DNA of 64,000 nucleotides. Origin: Candidatus Atabeyarchaeum deiterrae (GTDB taxonomy: Archaea > Asgardarchaeota > Atabeyarchaeia > Atabeyarchaeales > Atabeyarchaeaceae). The DNA lies in assembly GCA_037310415.1 (NCBI GenBank), contig CP147780.1, positions 2,624,001 to 2,688,000 of the forward strand, given 5' to 3'. This document shows positions 21,305-30,240 of the stretch, piece after piece. The translations under genes and the position numbers were made by a program. A model generated the notes under the pieces. That model saw only the letters and a list, made by a program, of their open reading frames with translations, made no database searches and had not been told where the DNA came from. Every line of letters begins with the position of its first letter. Positions within the stretch are counted from its first letter, which is position 1.

Positions 21305-21527
21305 ACCAAAAAGTGTGAAAACCTTCCTCAATGTCACTAGGAAAGAGAGAGTTCTTAAGGGAATGACCCGCCTACTTAATTGAGGGAGAAATCAGCTCAA
21401 CTTGGCCCATGTATCGCACTATGCAAAGTCAGTTGGGCGGTTCTGAATCGATCGGTTTTGTACAAAGCAGTGATTAGCCGCGAAGAATTGAAGCGAGAGA
21501 TGTCTGACTCTTAGGCGGGACATCAAC

Positions 21528-21809
21528 ATGCAGGTAGAAGTGATAGAGAACAAGATTGCTCCCGTGCTCAAGCGTTACGGTGTCAGGAGAGCTGCGATTT
21601 TCGGCTCCATTGCTAGGGGAGAAGAAATGGAGAATAGTGACATAGATATCTTAGTTGAGTTCGAAGGAGACAAGAGTCTACTCGATCTAGCAGGACTTAA
21701 GATCGAACTTGAGGAAACGTTGGGGAGGAAAGTAGATGTCCTAACCTATGACTCTTTGCATCCCTTGCTTAGAGATCGAATTCTCAGCGAACAAAAGGTG
21801 ATCCTATGA
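21528..21809 (+). CDS. Minimal nucleotidyltransferase (MNT) antitoxin
   Basis: FGSIARGE...SDIDILVEF, LGRKVDV. Confidence 0.92.
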   Translation: MQVEVIENKIAPVLKRYGVRRAAIFGSIARGEEMENSDIDILVEFEGDKSLLDLAGLKIELEETLGRKVDVLTYDSLHPLLRDRILSEQKVIL

Positions 21810-22177
21810 AGAAGGATCCGCTGGTATTTGTCGAGCACATGCTGGAAAGCATGCAAATGATAGAGGAATACGTCGGAAGAACAACAAGAGAACAATTCAT
21901 GAGTTCACGACTAACGCAAGATGCAGTCATCAGAAGAATCGAGATCATTGGAGAAGCCGCAAAGAACGTACCAGAAGATGTGAAGAAAAGCTATCCCAGC
22001 ATACCTTGGAAAAGAATAGCCGGAATGAGAGACATTCTGATCCATGGATACTTTGGCGTCGATCTGGGGTTAACTTGGAAAGTTGCCAGTGAAGAGCTCG
22101 GAGAGCTAAAGAGCAAGATTATGAAGGTAAAGAAGAATCTGGAGGACATAAGAAAAGGTAGCAAAGCAAAGAACTAG
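21806..22177 (+). CDS. HEPN (DUF86) RNase toxin
   Basis: DAVIRRIEIIGEAAK, IPWKRIAGMRDILIHGY (RxxxxH). Confidence 0.92.
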   Translation: MKKDPLVFVEHMLESMQMIEEYVGRTTREQFMSSRLTQDAVIRRIEIIGEAAKNVPEDVKKSYPSIPWKRIAGMRDILIHGYFGVDLGLTWKVASEELGELKSKIMKVKKNLEDIRKGSKAKN

Positions 22178-22235
22178 ATGCTTTCTTTAAACCGAAAAAA
22201 GGAGAGGGGAATTGGCTTGATCCCCTCATGTTCGC

Positions 22236-22306
22236 TTAAATCTGGAAGCCTGTTTTGCCAGCACCCCACTTAGTCAAAGCAGTCTTGACCCCCTCATCCT
22301 CTTCAG
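22236..22306 (-). repeat. RLP 3'-end copy 4
   Basis: ttaaatctggaagcctgttttgccagcaccccacttagtcaaagcagtcttgac; purine tract to the left. Confidence 0.93.
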
Positions 22307-22452
22307 TTTGGACCTGCCTTGAATTTCGGGGCGGAGAACGCGTGCGTATGAACATTATATGGGAGAAGTACCGAGGTTCAAGATGACTAGCCAAAACGCT
22401 AGCAGATAATCGCTTCGATTGTATGACGTGTTTAGAGACTCAGGGATTATGA

Positions 22453-22941
22453 TTACGTCGGGGACGTGTGGCGCGTTTTGAGTTGGGTTGCTATCTTCTT
22501 TCCGAAATCCACGCATTTGGGAAGCTCGCCTTCTGCGACTGGGCCCTTCATTCCTGTGACCTTTATCGATAAGCCAGGAGTTATTAGCTTCAAACTTGGA
22601 ACTTTTTCACTTATCCTCTTCTCCATCTTCTTCACAACCTGCTCGAAGCTCTTACCTCCTCCTTGAGTATCGAAGACAGCCACCCATTTCGTCTTCAGAT
22701 CGAGTTTGCCGAGTTTATCGATGAATGCGACAATGCCGCGGGCAGGTCTGGTGGCATGGTTTGGCGACCCTATCAACACTGCGTCCGACCTAGCCACTTT
22801 TTCAAGGTTGACTTCCTTGACATCAGCAATAGCGGTTTCTATTTCCGCGATTTCTCTCATTCCCTCCACGATCTTCTCCGCCACGAGCTTTGTGTTACCA
22901 TACTTTGTGTCGTAGACGACAGAAACTTTCACCATGGGCAA
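22453..22941 (-). CDS. Flavodoxin family protein
   Basis: YDTKYGNTKLVAE, IGSPNH, AVFDT. Confidence 0.85.
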   Translation of the reverse strand: MPMVKVSVVYDTKYGNTKLVAEKIVEGMREIAEIETAIADVKEVNLEKVARSDAVLIGSPNHATRPARGIVAFIDKLGKLDLKTKWVAVFDTQGGGKSFEQVVKKMEKRISEKVPSLKLITPGLSIKVTGMKGPVAEGELPKCVDFGKKIATQLKTRHTSPT

Positions 22942-23177
22942 TCGTCTCCCATCATGTTCTTGATTTCAGGAACGATTATTATAAAACTTTCTTTGCCTCA
23001 TCTTGTAGCATGCGTGAATGTTCCTAAATTAGTTTTCCTCAGCATATCTCTCCATCTTGATGCATGCACAGTTTTGACAAGCCTGTCTGGAAATTTCGTC
23101 TCCAGTAGCGCGCGCTCGAAGGTATGAATTTAAGTTAAAACATAAGCTTAAATTTCCAAGTGTGAAAGCTACTTGTT

Positions 23178-23996
23178 ATGGGTATCGTTTATGCTTGCAT
23201 AGCACCGCATGGGTCTGAGGTTATTCCTGAACTTGCAGGCGACAAGTTGGAGGCTTTCAGCGAAACAAGAAGAGGCATGGAAGAGTTAGCCAGACAAATG
23301 AAGAAGCATAGTCCACACACAATAATCATAGCCACGCCTCACGGCCTAAGACTCGACCACACAATCGGCATAGTAACCTCGCAATATTCTGCAGGAAACC
23401 TAGAAGACAAAGGTAAAACGGTCAGCGCCCGTTTCAAATGCAACCGTCAACTCGCACAAAAAATCTATCAAACCGCCAAAAAAGCAGGATTACCCGTTGT
23501 AGCCGCGAATTATGGCACTAGCGAAGGACCAGACTCTTGCATGCCAATGGATTGGGGCGTGCTAATACCATTATGGTTTTTTGGCGCGCAAGAAAAGAAA
23601 AAACCTCGAATAATCATCGTGGCCCCTTCCAGAGAAATCCCGCTCACGCAACTTGTGGAATTTGGCAAAGTCATAGCTCGAACTTCAGAAACATCAAAGA
23701 GGAAAATAGCCTTCGTCTCCAGCGCAGACCAAGGACACGCACACGACAAGACTGGACCGTACGGCTTTCACCCAGCATCCAAGAAATATGACGAGCTAGT
23801 GATAAAAGCCATAAGAGAGAACAACTTGAAGCAAATACTTACGCTGGATTTACAGTTTGTGGAAGACGCGAAGCCTGATAGTCTCTGGCAAATAGCCATT
23901 CTTGAAGGCGTGTTAGAACATGTACCCATGAAATCAAGGTTCGTCTCATATCAGGCACCAACGTATTTTGGTCTGATGTGTGCCGATTTTGAGTGA
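23178..23996 (+). CDS. LigB/Memo-like (class III extradiol dioxygenase subunit B fold) protein
   Basis: IAPHG, ATPHG, MDWGVLIPL, SSADQGHAH, PTYFG. Confidence 0.8.
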   Translation: MGIVYACIAPHGSEVIPELAGDKLEAFSETRRGMEELARQMKKHSPHTIIIATPHGLRLDHTIGIVTSQYSAGNLEDKGKTVSARFKCNRQLAQKIYQTAKKAGLPVVAANYGTSEGPDSCMPMDWGVLIPLWFFGAQEKKKPRIIIVAPSREIPLTQLVEFGKVIARTSETSKRKIAFVSSADQGHAHDKTGPYGFHPASKKYDELVIKAIRENNLKQILTLDLQFVEDAKPDSLWQIAILEGVLEHVPMKSRFVSYQAPTYFGLMCADFE

Positions 23997-24061
23997 CTGA
24001 CCCTCGCGCGTGCTTCATCTCCGATCTTCCTCATGATTACTTATTCTCCTTCTTGTTGCAC

Positions 24062-24190
24062 CTACATCTGGAAACCAGTCTTACCTGCACTCCACTTCGT
24101 CAAAGCAGTCTTCGGCGCCTAATGCTCCACGGCATACTCATCAAGTTTAATGCCATGCATCATCACATGATTAACCTGACTGAAAGCTCT
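24062..24190 (-). repeat. RLP 3'-end copy 5 (decayed)
   Basis: ctacatctggaaaccagtcttacctgcactccacttcgtcaaagcagtctt...ctgaaagctct. Confidence 0.92.
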
Positions 24191-24386
24191 CACCCGCATT
24201 TTCAAGCCATCTTGGCGCATGTAGGACATCACAAATGCTTGCTAATACTCATAGACACGGTTGAAAACCCCAAGAAGAACATGAAAATAGAAAATGGAAG
24301 TGCCAAGAAGTAACACTCTTTTTAAAGCAGGACGCCCAAAAGTGAAGATCAAAAGAACAAGAAGGCGACGAGGAGGTGCTGATAGA

Positions 24387-24818
24387 GTGAAGATTGGTGA
24401 AGAGACATGGAATCTTTTACAGAAGCATCTGGGCTACACAAGTGAAGAGATGAGGATATTCAGAGAGAATCGAAGGAATGAGGATGTTCTCTCCAAGACG
24501 CCTGAACTCATGAACAAGACGATAATTGCTGAGGTGGTTGAATCCCATGGATGCAATAGTCAGCATAAGGTCGGAGACAAGTTCATTTTTGACGGAGCGG
24601 GCAACCTCATAACGAAACTCTGCCCCAAGAGAATTTGCGTCTACGCCTTGAATCCAATCGCAATGCAAATCTTCACATTGAACGAGTTACTATATGCAGG
24701 TGTCAAACCCAATGACATGAGATTCAAACGGGCAGGTTGCTTTGATGTGGGAGTACAATGTGGCGGATGGGGTCATATCGTAATGGAGATCAGGATGGAG
24801 GATCGCAAGAAAAAGTGA
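24387..24818 (+). CDS. Conserved hypothetical Cys-containing protein
   Basis: GGAGGTG RBS; AEVVESHGCNSQHKVGDKF, CPKRIC, CFDVGVQCGGWG. Confidence 0.65.
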   Translation: MKIGEETWNLLQKHLGYTSEEMRIFRENRRNEDVLSKTPELMNKTIIAEVVESHGCNSQHKVGDKFIFDGAGNLITKLCPKRICVYALNPIAMQIFTLNELLYAGVKPNDMRFKRAGCFDVGVQCGGWGHIVMEIRMEDRKKK

Positions 24819-24950
24819 TAACATAGGAACAAGATCATCACGTCATACGCGAATAGGTTACGGCAGCTTTGGCTTTAACATCTCAGCAAAAACAAATGAT
24901 GCCCAAAAAAGAAAAAGTAGGGTGATGCTGATTATTCCCTCTAGGTTCAC

Positions 24951-25085
24951 ATACATCTGGAAGCCTGTCTTACCAGTACCCCACTTCGTAAGTGCAGTCT
25001 TAAGCTCCTCATGCTCCTCAGCATACTCACTAACCTTGATCCCCTGCATCACAGCATCAATAGCCAGACGAAACACACGAGCACC
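24951..25085 (-). repeat. RLP 3'-end copy 6 (longest)
   Basis: Encodes GARVFRLAIDAVMQGIKVSEYAEEHEELKTALTKWGTGKTGFQM; stop mutated to TAT. Confidence 0.97.
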
Positions 25086-25120
25086 ATCACCTTATCATTC
25101 AGAGTTCGCAGATAGCTTGC

Positions 25121-25531
25121 TTAAGGAGCGGCAACCGTCTTCAGGTCAGGTATACTTTCGAAATGGTCTACGTTTCTGGTAAGCATGGCGCAGTCGTTCA
25201 CAAGTGCTGTCGCGCCAATGAAAATGTCTCTGAAGCCGATCATTTTCCCATCCAATTCGAGATCATTAAGTATCCTCCCTGCTGTCTCCGCGACTTTCAC
25301 ATCAAAATCCATGACAACAAGCCTGTCAAGGAGTCTTGTTACTGCTGATATGCCCTCAGTTGGCTTCCTAGATTTGTATGCTCCATAGTAGAGTTCGAAA
25401 GCGTTGACTGTTGTTGTTGACAACATCACGCCTCTATTCTCAAAGTCAGCTATGAGATTGACAACCTTCTCATTGTATCTTAGGTTGTCGATGAGGACAT
25501 CTGTGTCTATGCATATCTTGAGGAATTCCAT
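25121..25531 (-). CDS. vapC: PIN-domain toxin
   Basis: ICIDTDVLID, FELYYGA, RDIFIGATAL, LTRNVDHF. Confidence 0.9.
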   Translation of the reverse strand: MEFLKICIDTDVLIDNLRYNEKVVNLIADFENRGVMLSTTTVNAFELYYGAYKSRKPTEGISAVTRLLDRLVVMDFDVKVAETAGRILNDLELDGKMIGFRDIFIGATALVNDCAMLTRNVDHFESIPDLKTVAAP

Positions 25532-25767
25532 CTGCTCCACCCTTTGTGTAGGCTTTCCATGATTTCTCTCAGTTCTTCGTCGGTCAGCTTCCATGTCCCG
25601 GCAAGATCAGTGATCTTCTTCTGTTTCCCTTGGGGCATCTGGATCATACTTCTAATTGCCTCGTCAACCGAAACTGGCCGCTTGAGCTTTGCCTGGAGCC
25701 TGCCCGCGATCTCGCAGAGCCTCCTGTAGGTCTCATCATCAACTCTAAGGGACTTGCTCAATTCCAA
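25507..25767 (-). CDS. vapB: VapB-type (RHH) antitoxin
   Basis: KSLRVDDETYRRL, SVDEAI, DLAGTWK; directly upstream of and overlapping vapC. Confidence 0.8.
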   Translation of the reverse strand: MELSKSLRVDDETYRRLCEIAGRLQAKLKRPVSVDEAIRSMIQMPQGKQKKITDLAGTWKLTDEELREIMESLHKGWSRWNSSRYA

Positions 25768-25945
25768 TCACTCAAACCACTTTATCCACTTTGTGGAATA
25801 AATATCTTTTGCATCAACAAGTAGCGGTTGAGAAGAGACAATCTCCTCAGTAATTCGACTCAGAGGAACATGATCGAAAAGCAAGTTATCTACGACAAAC
25901 CGATGACCTAAGAAATCAAAACAGGGCCCACTTTCACCTATTTCC

Positions 25946-26075
25946 CTAACAACTGGAAGCCTGTTTTGCCAGCACCCCACTTCGTCAGCGCGGTCTTAAG
26001 CTCCTCATGCTCCTCAGCGCAAACACTGACTTTAATGCCCTGGATCACGGCATTTATAGGCTGATGAAAAGCGCG
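25946..26075 (-). repeat. RLP 3'-end copy 7
   Basis: ctggaagcctgttttgccagcaccccacttcgtcagcgcggtcttaagctcctcatgctcctcagc...; encodes INAVIQGIKVSVCAEEHEELKTALTKWGAGKTGFQ. Confidence 0.95.
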
Positions 26076-26352
26076 AATAGCAGTTGTACACATCGTCACC
26101 TCTTCAGCATTACCTAGTTATCCTAGCGGTCTCCGCTTCTGTTAACTTGGCGAGCGATAGGTGGGAGTGTTAATAGTCATGGGACAGTATCTGTCTAGCC
26201 CCTGATTCTTTCTAGACTAAGAGCATTCAAACTGCTGTCAAGGTGGAAGGTGAATTATTTATAACCTCGGAAAAGAAAATGAAATATGTACAATTCACTC
26301 CAATGAAAGGAGTGAAGGGATAAATGGGGCGCTAGAACTGAGAACAGAACTC

Positions 26353-27300
26353 GTGTTCCTGAATATCGCAACTAATGATCTGAGGGCGGCAAAGCTCCTG
26401 CTTGCTGGGAAGCTTTACGCGCAGTCCATTTTCTATATGGAGCAAAGCGTGGAGAAGGCGGTCAAGTCGCTAGGAATAAGGCGTGGCGACATTACGCCTA
26501 AGGAAGCGAGACGGTATGGTCATAGACCATTACGCTACTATCTTAAATTCTTTGAGAATATCAAGACACAGATTAATGAGACACAAATAGAGACTGAAGA
26601 CATGGAAAAGAAGCACCCGATACTGGCTGACCTCTTTGTAGAACTCGGCATCTCTAGAATTGGAGCTCGATTGAATAAGGGAAAGAAGATGTATGAAGAT
26701 CTATTGAAATTGGCTTCGAGGTTTGAAGAAGAAGAGAAGCAAGATCCCGTGAAAGAAGAAAGAGCATTCAACATCGCAATTTCTGGCAGACCACTTGACC
26801 GTTATATTACTTGGTGGCGAGAACAAGAAAAACAACTCTACCGTTCTTGGCGCACGATTGGCCAGATCGAATCAAAGTCTTACAGAGATGAACTCGAAAG
26901 AGACATTCCAAGATTCCAAGAGATATTAAGAAAGCTTACTCCAAGACTGATTGCAGAACTACCTTCTGAAGACAAACTCACAACGCAAGGCTTAGAAAAA
27001 GCCATTGAAGGACTCCAAAAACCCAAAACCCTATCCCAGATCGACCGATTTGCATTTGAGTACGCAGGAAACAAGTTGTACGACGAGACTCAAGAATTCT
27101 TCTTCATCGGATCGCTGTTCTACTTAGCTCTACTGTTCTTTCCTCACGCCACTCGCGCTAGGTATCCAGATGAAGGGGTTGAGAATCCACTGTCTTTTTA
27201 TAGTGCCAGAAACCCACTAGTCCGAAGACTCGCCCAATTCATAGAAATTGCCGAGCACACACTGGATTTCATGAATAAATGGATTTTGGGGAACCCTTAG
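26353..27300 (+). CDS. HEPN domain protein with large helical insertion
   Basis: A.NDLRAAKLLL...Y.QSIFYMEQSVEKAVKS...GH, C-terminal TRARYPD. Confidence 0.7.
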   Translation: MFLNIATNDLRAAKLLLAGKLYAQSIFYMEQSVEKAVKSLGIRRGDITPKEARRYGHRPLRYYLKFFENIKTQINETQIETEDMEKKHPILADLFVELGISRIGARLNKGKKMYEDLLKLASRFEEEEKQDPVKEERAFNIAISGRPLDRYITWWREQEKQLYRSWRTIGQIESKSYRDELERDIPRFQEILRKLTPRLIAELPSEDKLTTQGLEKAIEGLQKPKTLSQIDRFAFEYAGNKLYDETQEFFFIGSLFYLALLFFPHATRARYPDEGVENPLSFYSARNPLVRRLAQFIEIAEHTLDFMNKWILGNP

Positions 27301-27353
27301 CACACCACTCAACATAGAGAGCATTAAGCCACGTCCGACGACAATTAATACGC

Positions 27354-27465
27354 CCATTCTAACCCTGTTTTACCAGCGCCCCACTCAGTGAGAGCGGTCT
27401 TCAGCTATTCGTGCTCCTCAACTTAATTAGTGACTTTGATGCCTTCCGTCACCGAATAAATAGCT
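27354..27465 (-). repeat. RLP 3'-end copy 8 (most decayed, internal stops)
   Basis: Translates AIYSVTEGIKVTN*VEEHE*LKTALTEWGAGKTG. Confidence 0.88.
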
Positions 27466-27544
27466 TCCCAAGAACTACCAAGGTCACACAACGCGATGCA
27501 CAATAATGTACTGACGTCCGCGATCATGAGGCTCAGTTGCTTTT

Positions 27545-28564
27545 CTACACTTTGCCTCGCAAGACTTCTTCTGCGTATTTCACCAACAACTTCGTGATCA
27601 GAAGCACGCTCTCTGCATCTGCTCTCGTGACCACAACATCCTGTGGTTGATATTTCGGAGATTTCTTGAAGTCTTCTAAGTGCAAGTCGACGGATGAAAG
27701 ATCATTGAATAATGCGCACGCGCGAGACCATTTCACTCCATAGGCAAAAGTGCTTTTCCCAAGTTTTTCCCCCATCATCTTGTCAAGAAGACTCCCGACT
27801 TCTCTGCAATTAGCGTAGACTCCCTTTGTGTTCCACTGTCTAAAGCAGTTCTCTGCGTCTTCCACGTAGGCCCATGCTTCCTTAATGAGCCTCTCACCGC
27901 TTGGAATGCGAACAACGAAATACTCTCCAAGTCCTAGCTTCGGGGCAAAATCATTGATCCAGTCGGCAGAAGTTATCATCAGGTCACGGTTATAATGAGT
28001 GAGTCTATATGCAATGAAGCTTCGAGAAGTCCCTTCGCCAGTAAGAAGCTTGGGTTCGTTGGCGACTTGAGGGCGCATCCCCTGCTGTATGTGTATCAAT
28101 GGCGAGTATGGCGTGTCGCCATAAACTCCACGGATCTCTTGCTTAGCCAATCCCAGTGAACTGGGAGGTACAGCGTACACAGGAGAGATGGAAGCACGAT
28201 TCTCGGACGAAACAGTATGGAGGTGCAATGCTATTTTAACATCACCTTTTCTGTCTTCCATTCGCCGTGTCTCAAGATATTCAAGATCCAACGAAGTCAA
28301 GGCGATAACGAGCGTAGCTCTCCAAGTCTGCTTGGTTGGCGTCTGACGTTGAATCGAAAGATCTGTTGCCGCGACTTCGCCATACAAACCTTCCTGCAGA
28401 AGCAAGCTCCTAGCACCCAGCATCTTCTTATCATCAGTTTCGATATAACCATCAAGCCACAGAATCGCCTCTTCACGAATGGCATAAGTGATCTCTAGAT
28501 CAAACGCAAGGGCTGGAAGAGTCAGTTGATCATATGGTCTGATGCTTATCTTCTCCAAATCCAA
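27545..28564 (-). CDS. Hypothetical protein, paralog of 35188-36213, C-terminal HEPN-like helical domain
   Basis: Shared motifs IETDD.KM.G, D.KGDV, S.DWI.D..P.LGLGE.FV, GVY.NCR, DLHLE, ADAE.VLLI.K. Confidence 0.7.
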   Translation of the reverse strand: MDLEKISIRPYDQLTLPALAFDLEITYAIREEAILWLDGYIETDDKKMLGARSLLLQEGLYGEVAATDLSIQRQTPTKQTWRATLVIALTSLDLEYLETRRMEDRKGDVKIALHLHTVSSENRASISPVYAVPPSSLGLAKQEIRGVYGDTPYSPLIHIQQGMRPQVANEPKLLTGEGTSRSFIAYRLTHYNRDLMITSADWINDFAPKLGLGEYFVVRIPSGERLIKEAWAYVEDAENCFRQWNTKGVYANCREVGSLLDKMMGEKLGKSTFAYGVKWSRACALFNDLSSVDLHLEDFKKSPKYQPQDVVVTRADAESVLLITKLLVKYAEEVLRGKV

Positions 28565-28840
28565 GTTTTCACCCCTCCTCTGACGGTCAGGGATAGAACG
28601 TAGCGATTCTATTTCAATACGATCCTATTAACAATGTCGTATCCAAAGGACAATTGAGTTTGTTGACCGCATGAACGATCATGATAGACGCTTACAAGCT
28701 AAGTGCTTTAGCGCAACATTCTTCAATATTTTTAAAAACTCAGTGCGTCGAACGTAGTTTCAAGGTTCTAATTGAATTAAAGAATCACCTAGAAGCATGA
28801 TTAGTTAGTCACCAATCGGCATTCAAGAGCCGAAACGATA

Positions 28841-28936
28841 AAGAAGAAGGGAATTTACTGGTTCCGTCTAGCTTCCCTACATCTGGAAACCTGTCTCACC
28901 TGCACCCCACTTAGTCAGAGCAGTCTTTAGCTCCTC
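28841..28936 (-). repeat. RLP 3'-end copy 9 including near-identical 3' UTR/terminator
   Basis: gggaatttactggttccgtctagcttccctacatctggaaacctgtc matches 39287-39335; encodes EELKTALTKWGAGETGFQM*. Confidence 0.97.
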
Positions 28937-29171
28937 GCAATTCGGGTTGTGCGGCCACCTATCCATTCTTCCTTTTTGGAAGCCCTGACAATGCGACGCA
29001 TCTTGGGCAAAATGAGGGGTGGGGAGGCGCCAAACCAGGTCCAATAATGCAAGTTCTATTAGAAGGATTGTCAAAAAAAGGCGAAAGGTATGAGCCTCGG
29101 CTCACCCTATTCGCACACGCGAAAACCTCAAATGAAGCGTTTGGCCTCATCTCTTATTGTTCGTTAGATGC

Positions 29172-29651
29172 CTATTGCCAAGATCCGTAGCCATTGTACC
29201 AGAAGGGTACCCAAGGATAGGTGACAAGGCTAGCATCGTGCTGCAAGTCGATATCTTTCCACTGTATGAATGCGCCATAGTTACCGGCAGCACCGAGTAT
29301 TAATCCAGTGTACGTATTGGTTCCTGAGCCAGTAAAGGGGAAGTGGCGCGTCCAGACCGTCACAGAGAATACAGTGTTACCACTCGCGTCGTTGATAATC
29401 AGGCGCACGTATTGGAGTTTGTTATCAGGAGCTCTGATAGACCACTGATATGTTACGTCGACGTACCAGTATTTGCCGCTACCATGGGTGTTGACTGTGA
29501 TTTTCCCCCACCCGTAGTCATTTGATGTTACAAGTATCCATTGCGTAGGCGGTACCCCTGGTTGCCAGTACTGATAATACTGACCTTTTTCTCCTTGGTA
29601 CTGCGTCGCTGAGGCTGCGGTCATAGTCAATGAGAAGACTGTCAAGAACAC
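29172..29651 (-). CDS. Secreted aromatic-rich beta protein
   Basis: Hydrophobic N-terminus plus ASA cleavage site; open frame extends ~45 nt upstream to a strong AGGAGGAG RBS (possible non-canonical start). Confidence 0.6.
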   Translation of the reverse strand: MFLTVFSLTMTAASATQYQGEKGQYYQYWQPGVPPTQWILVTSNDYGWGKITVNTHGSGKYWYVDVTYQWSIRAPDNKLQYVRLIINDASGNTVFSVTVWTRHFPFTGSGTNTYTGLILGAAGNYGAFIQWKDIDLQHDASLVTYPWVPFWYNGYGSWQ

Positions 29652-30240
29652 GATTGTAGCTAGTGCAATCTGGTGTTTACTGAATTGCTTTATTTCACTC
29701 CTCCTCCTATTGTTTTTCTAACCTTTCTTTGGTGCTCTCTTTCTGCCCCTCGTTTGAGGCTAGGCGGTGACACGCCTCCAAAGCAACCTAGCTTTGGCTT
29801 CTTGGGAGAAGTAACAAGCTTATCTGCTCTCATTCCTCCGCAGTGTTCCCGTTGCTACTGTCTCCACACCCTCTCAACTGAAATGCAGTAGTTAATTATC
29901 CGAGGACCACTTCTATTTAAAGCTATCGCTTCCATATGCTGGAAGACTTCACTGATTCAGTGTTGAATCGTTTGAGAATGACAACAAGAAGCCGATACAG
30001 TCTGTTCACCACCTCATGGAATGAAGCTTTGAGTTCTCCTTCTGTAGTACAGTCGCAGAGATTGGTAATGCAAAGTGACGCAACCGACTGGCCGAGCAAC
30101 CTCGACGTTGAGGACGTCTTTCCCAATCAGCGAAAAACCGCCTTCCCACCAAAGACTATCACAGTCATTCTCTGTCAGTCTTATATGTGATGGAGGCTTG
30201 ATGCCCTTCTTGAATATCTGTTGGGTAAGGTGCGAATAGT

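Noticed and set aside
16761-28936. CRISPR array or classical attC interpretation of the recurring repeat
   Set aside because: The repeats are 55-135 bp, protein-coding-derived, non-palindromic and spaced by roughly 0.8-10 kb of genes; no cas or intI gene is present.
16761-29074. Short ORFs ending in the RLP C-terminal peptide (16761-16973, 17673-17867, 24858-25076, 28877-29074) as real genes
   Set aside because: They are open only because they inherit RLP coding sequence; their N-termini are unrelated and other copies carry stops or indels.
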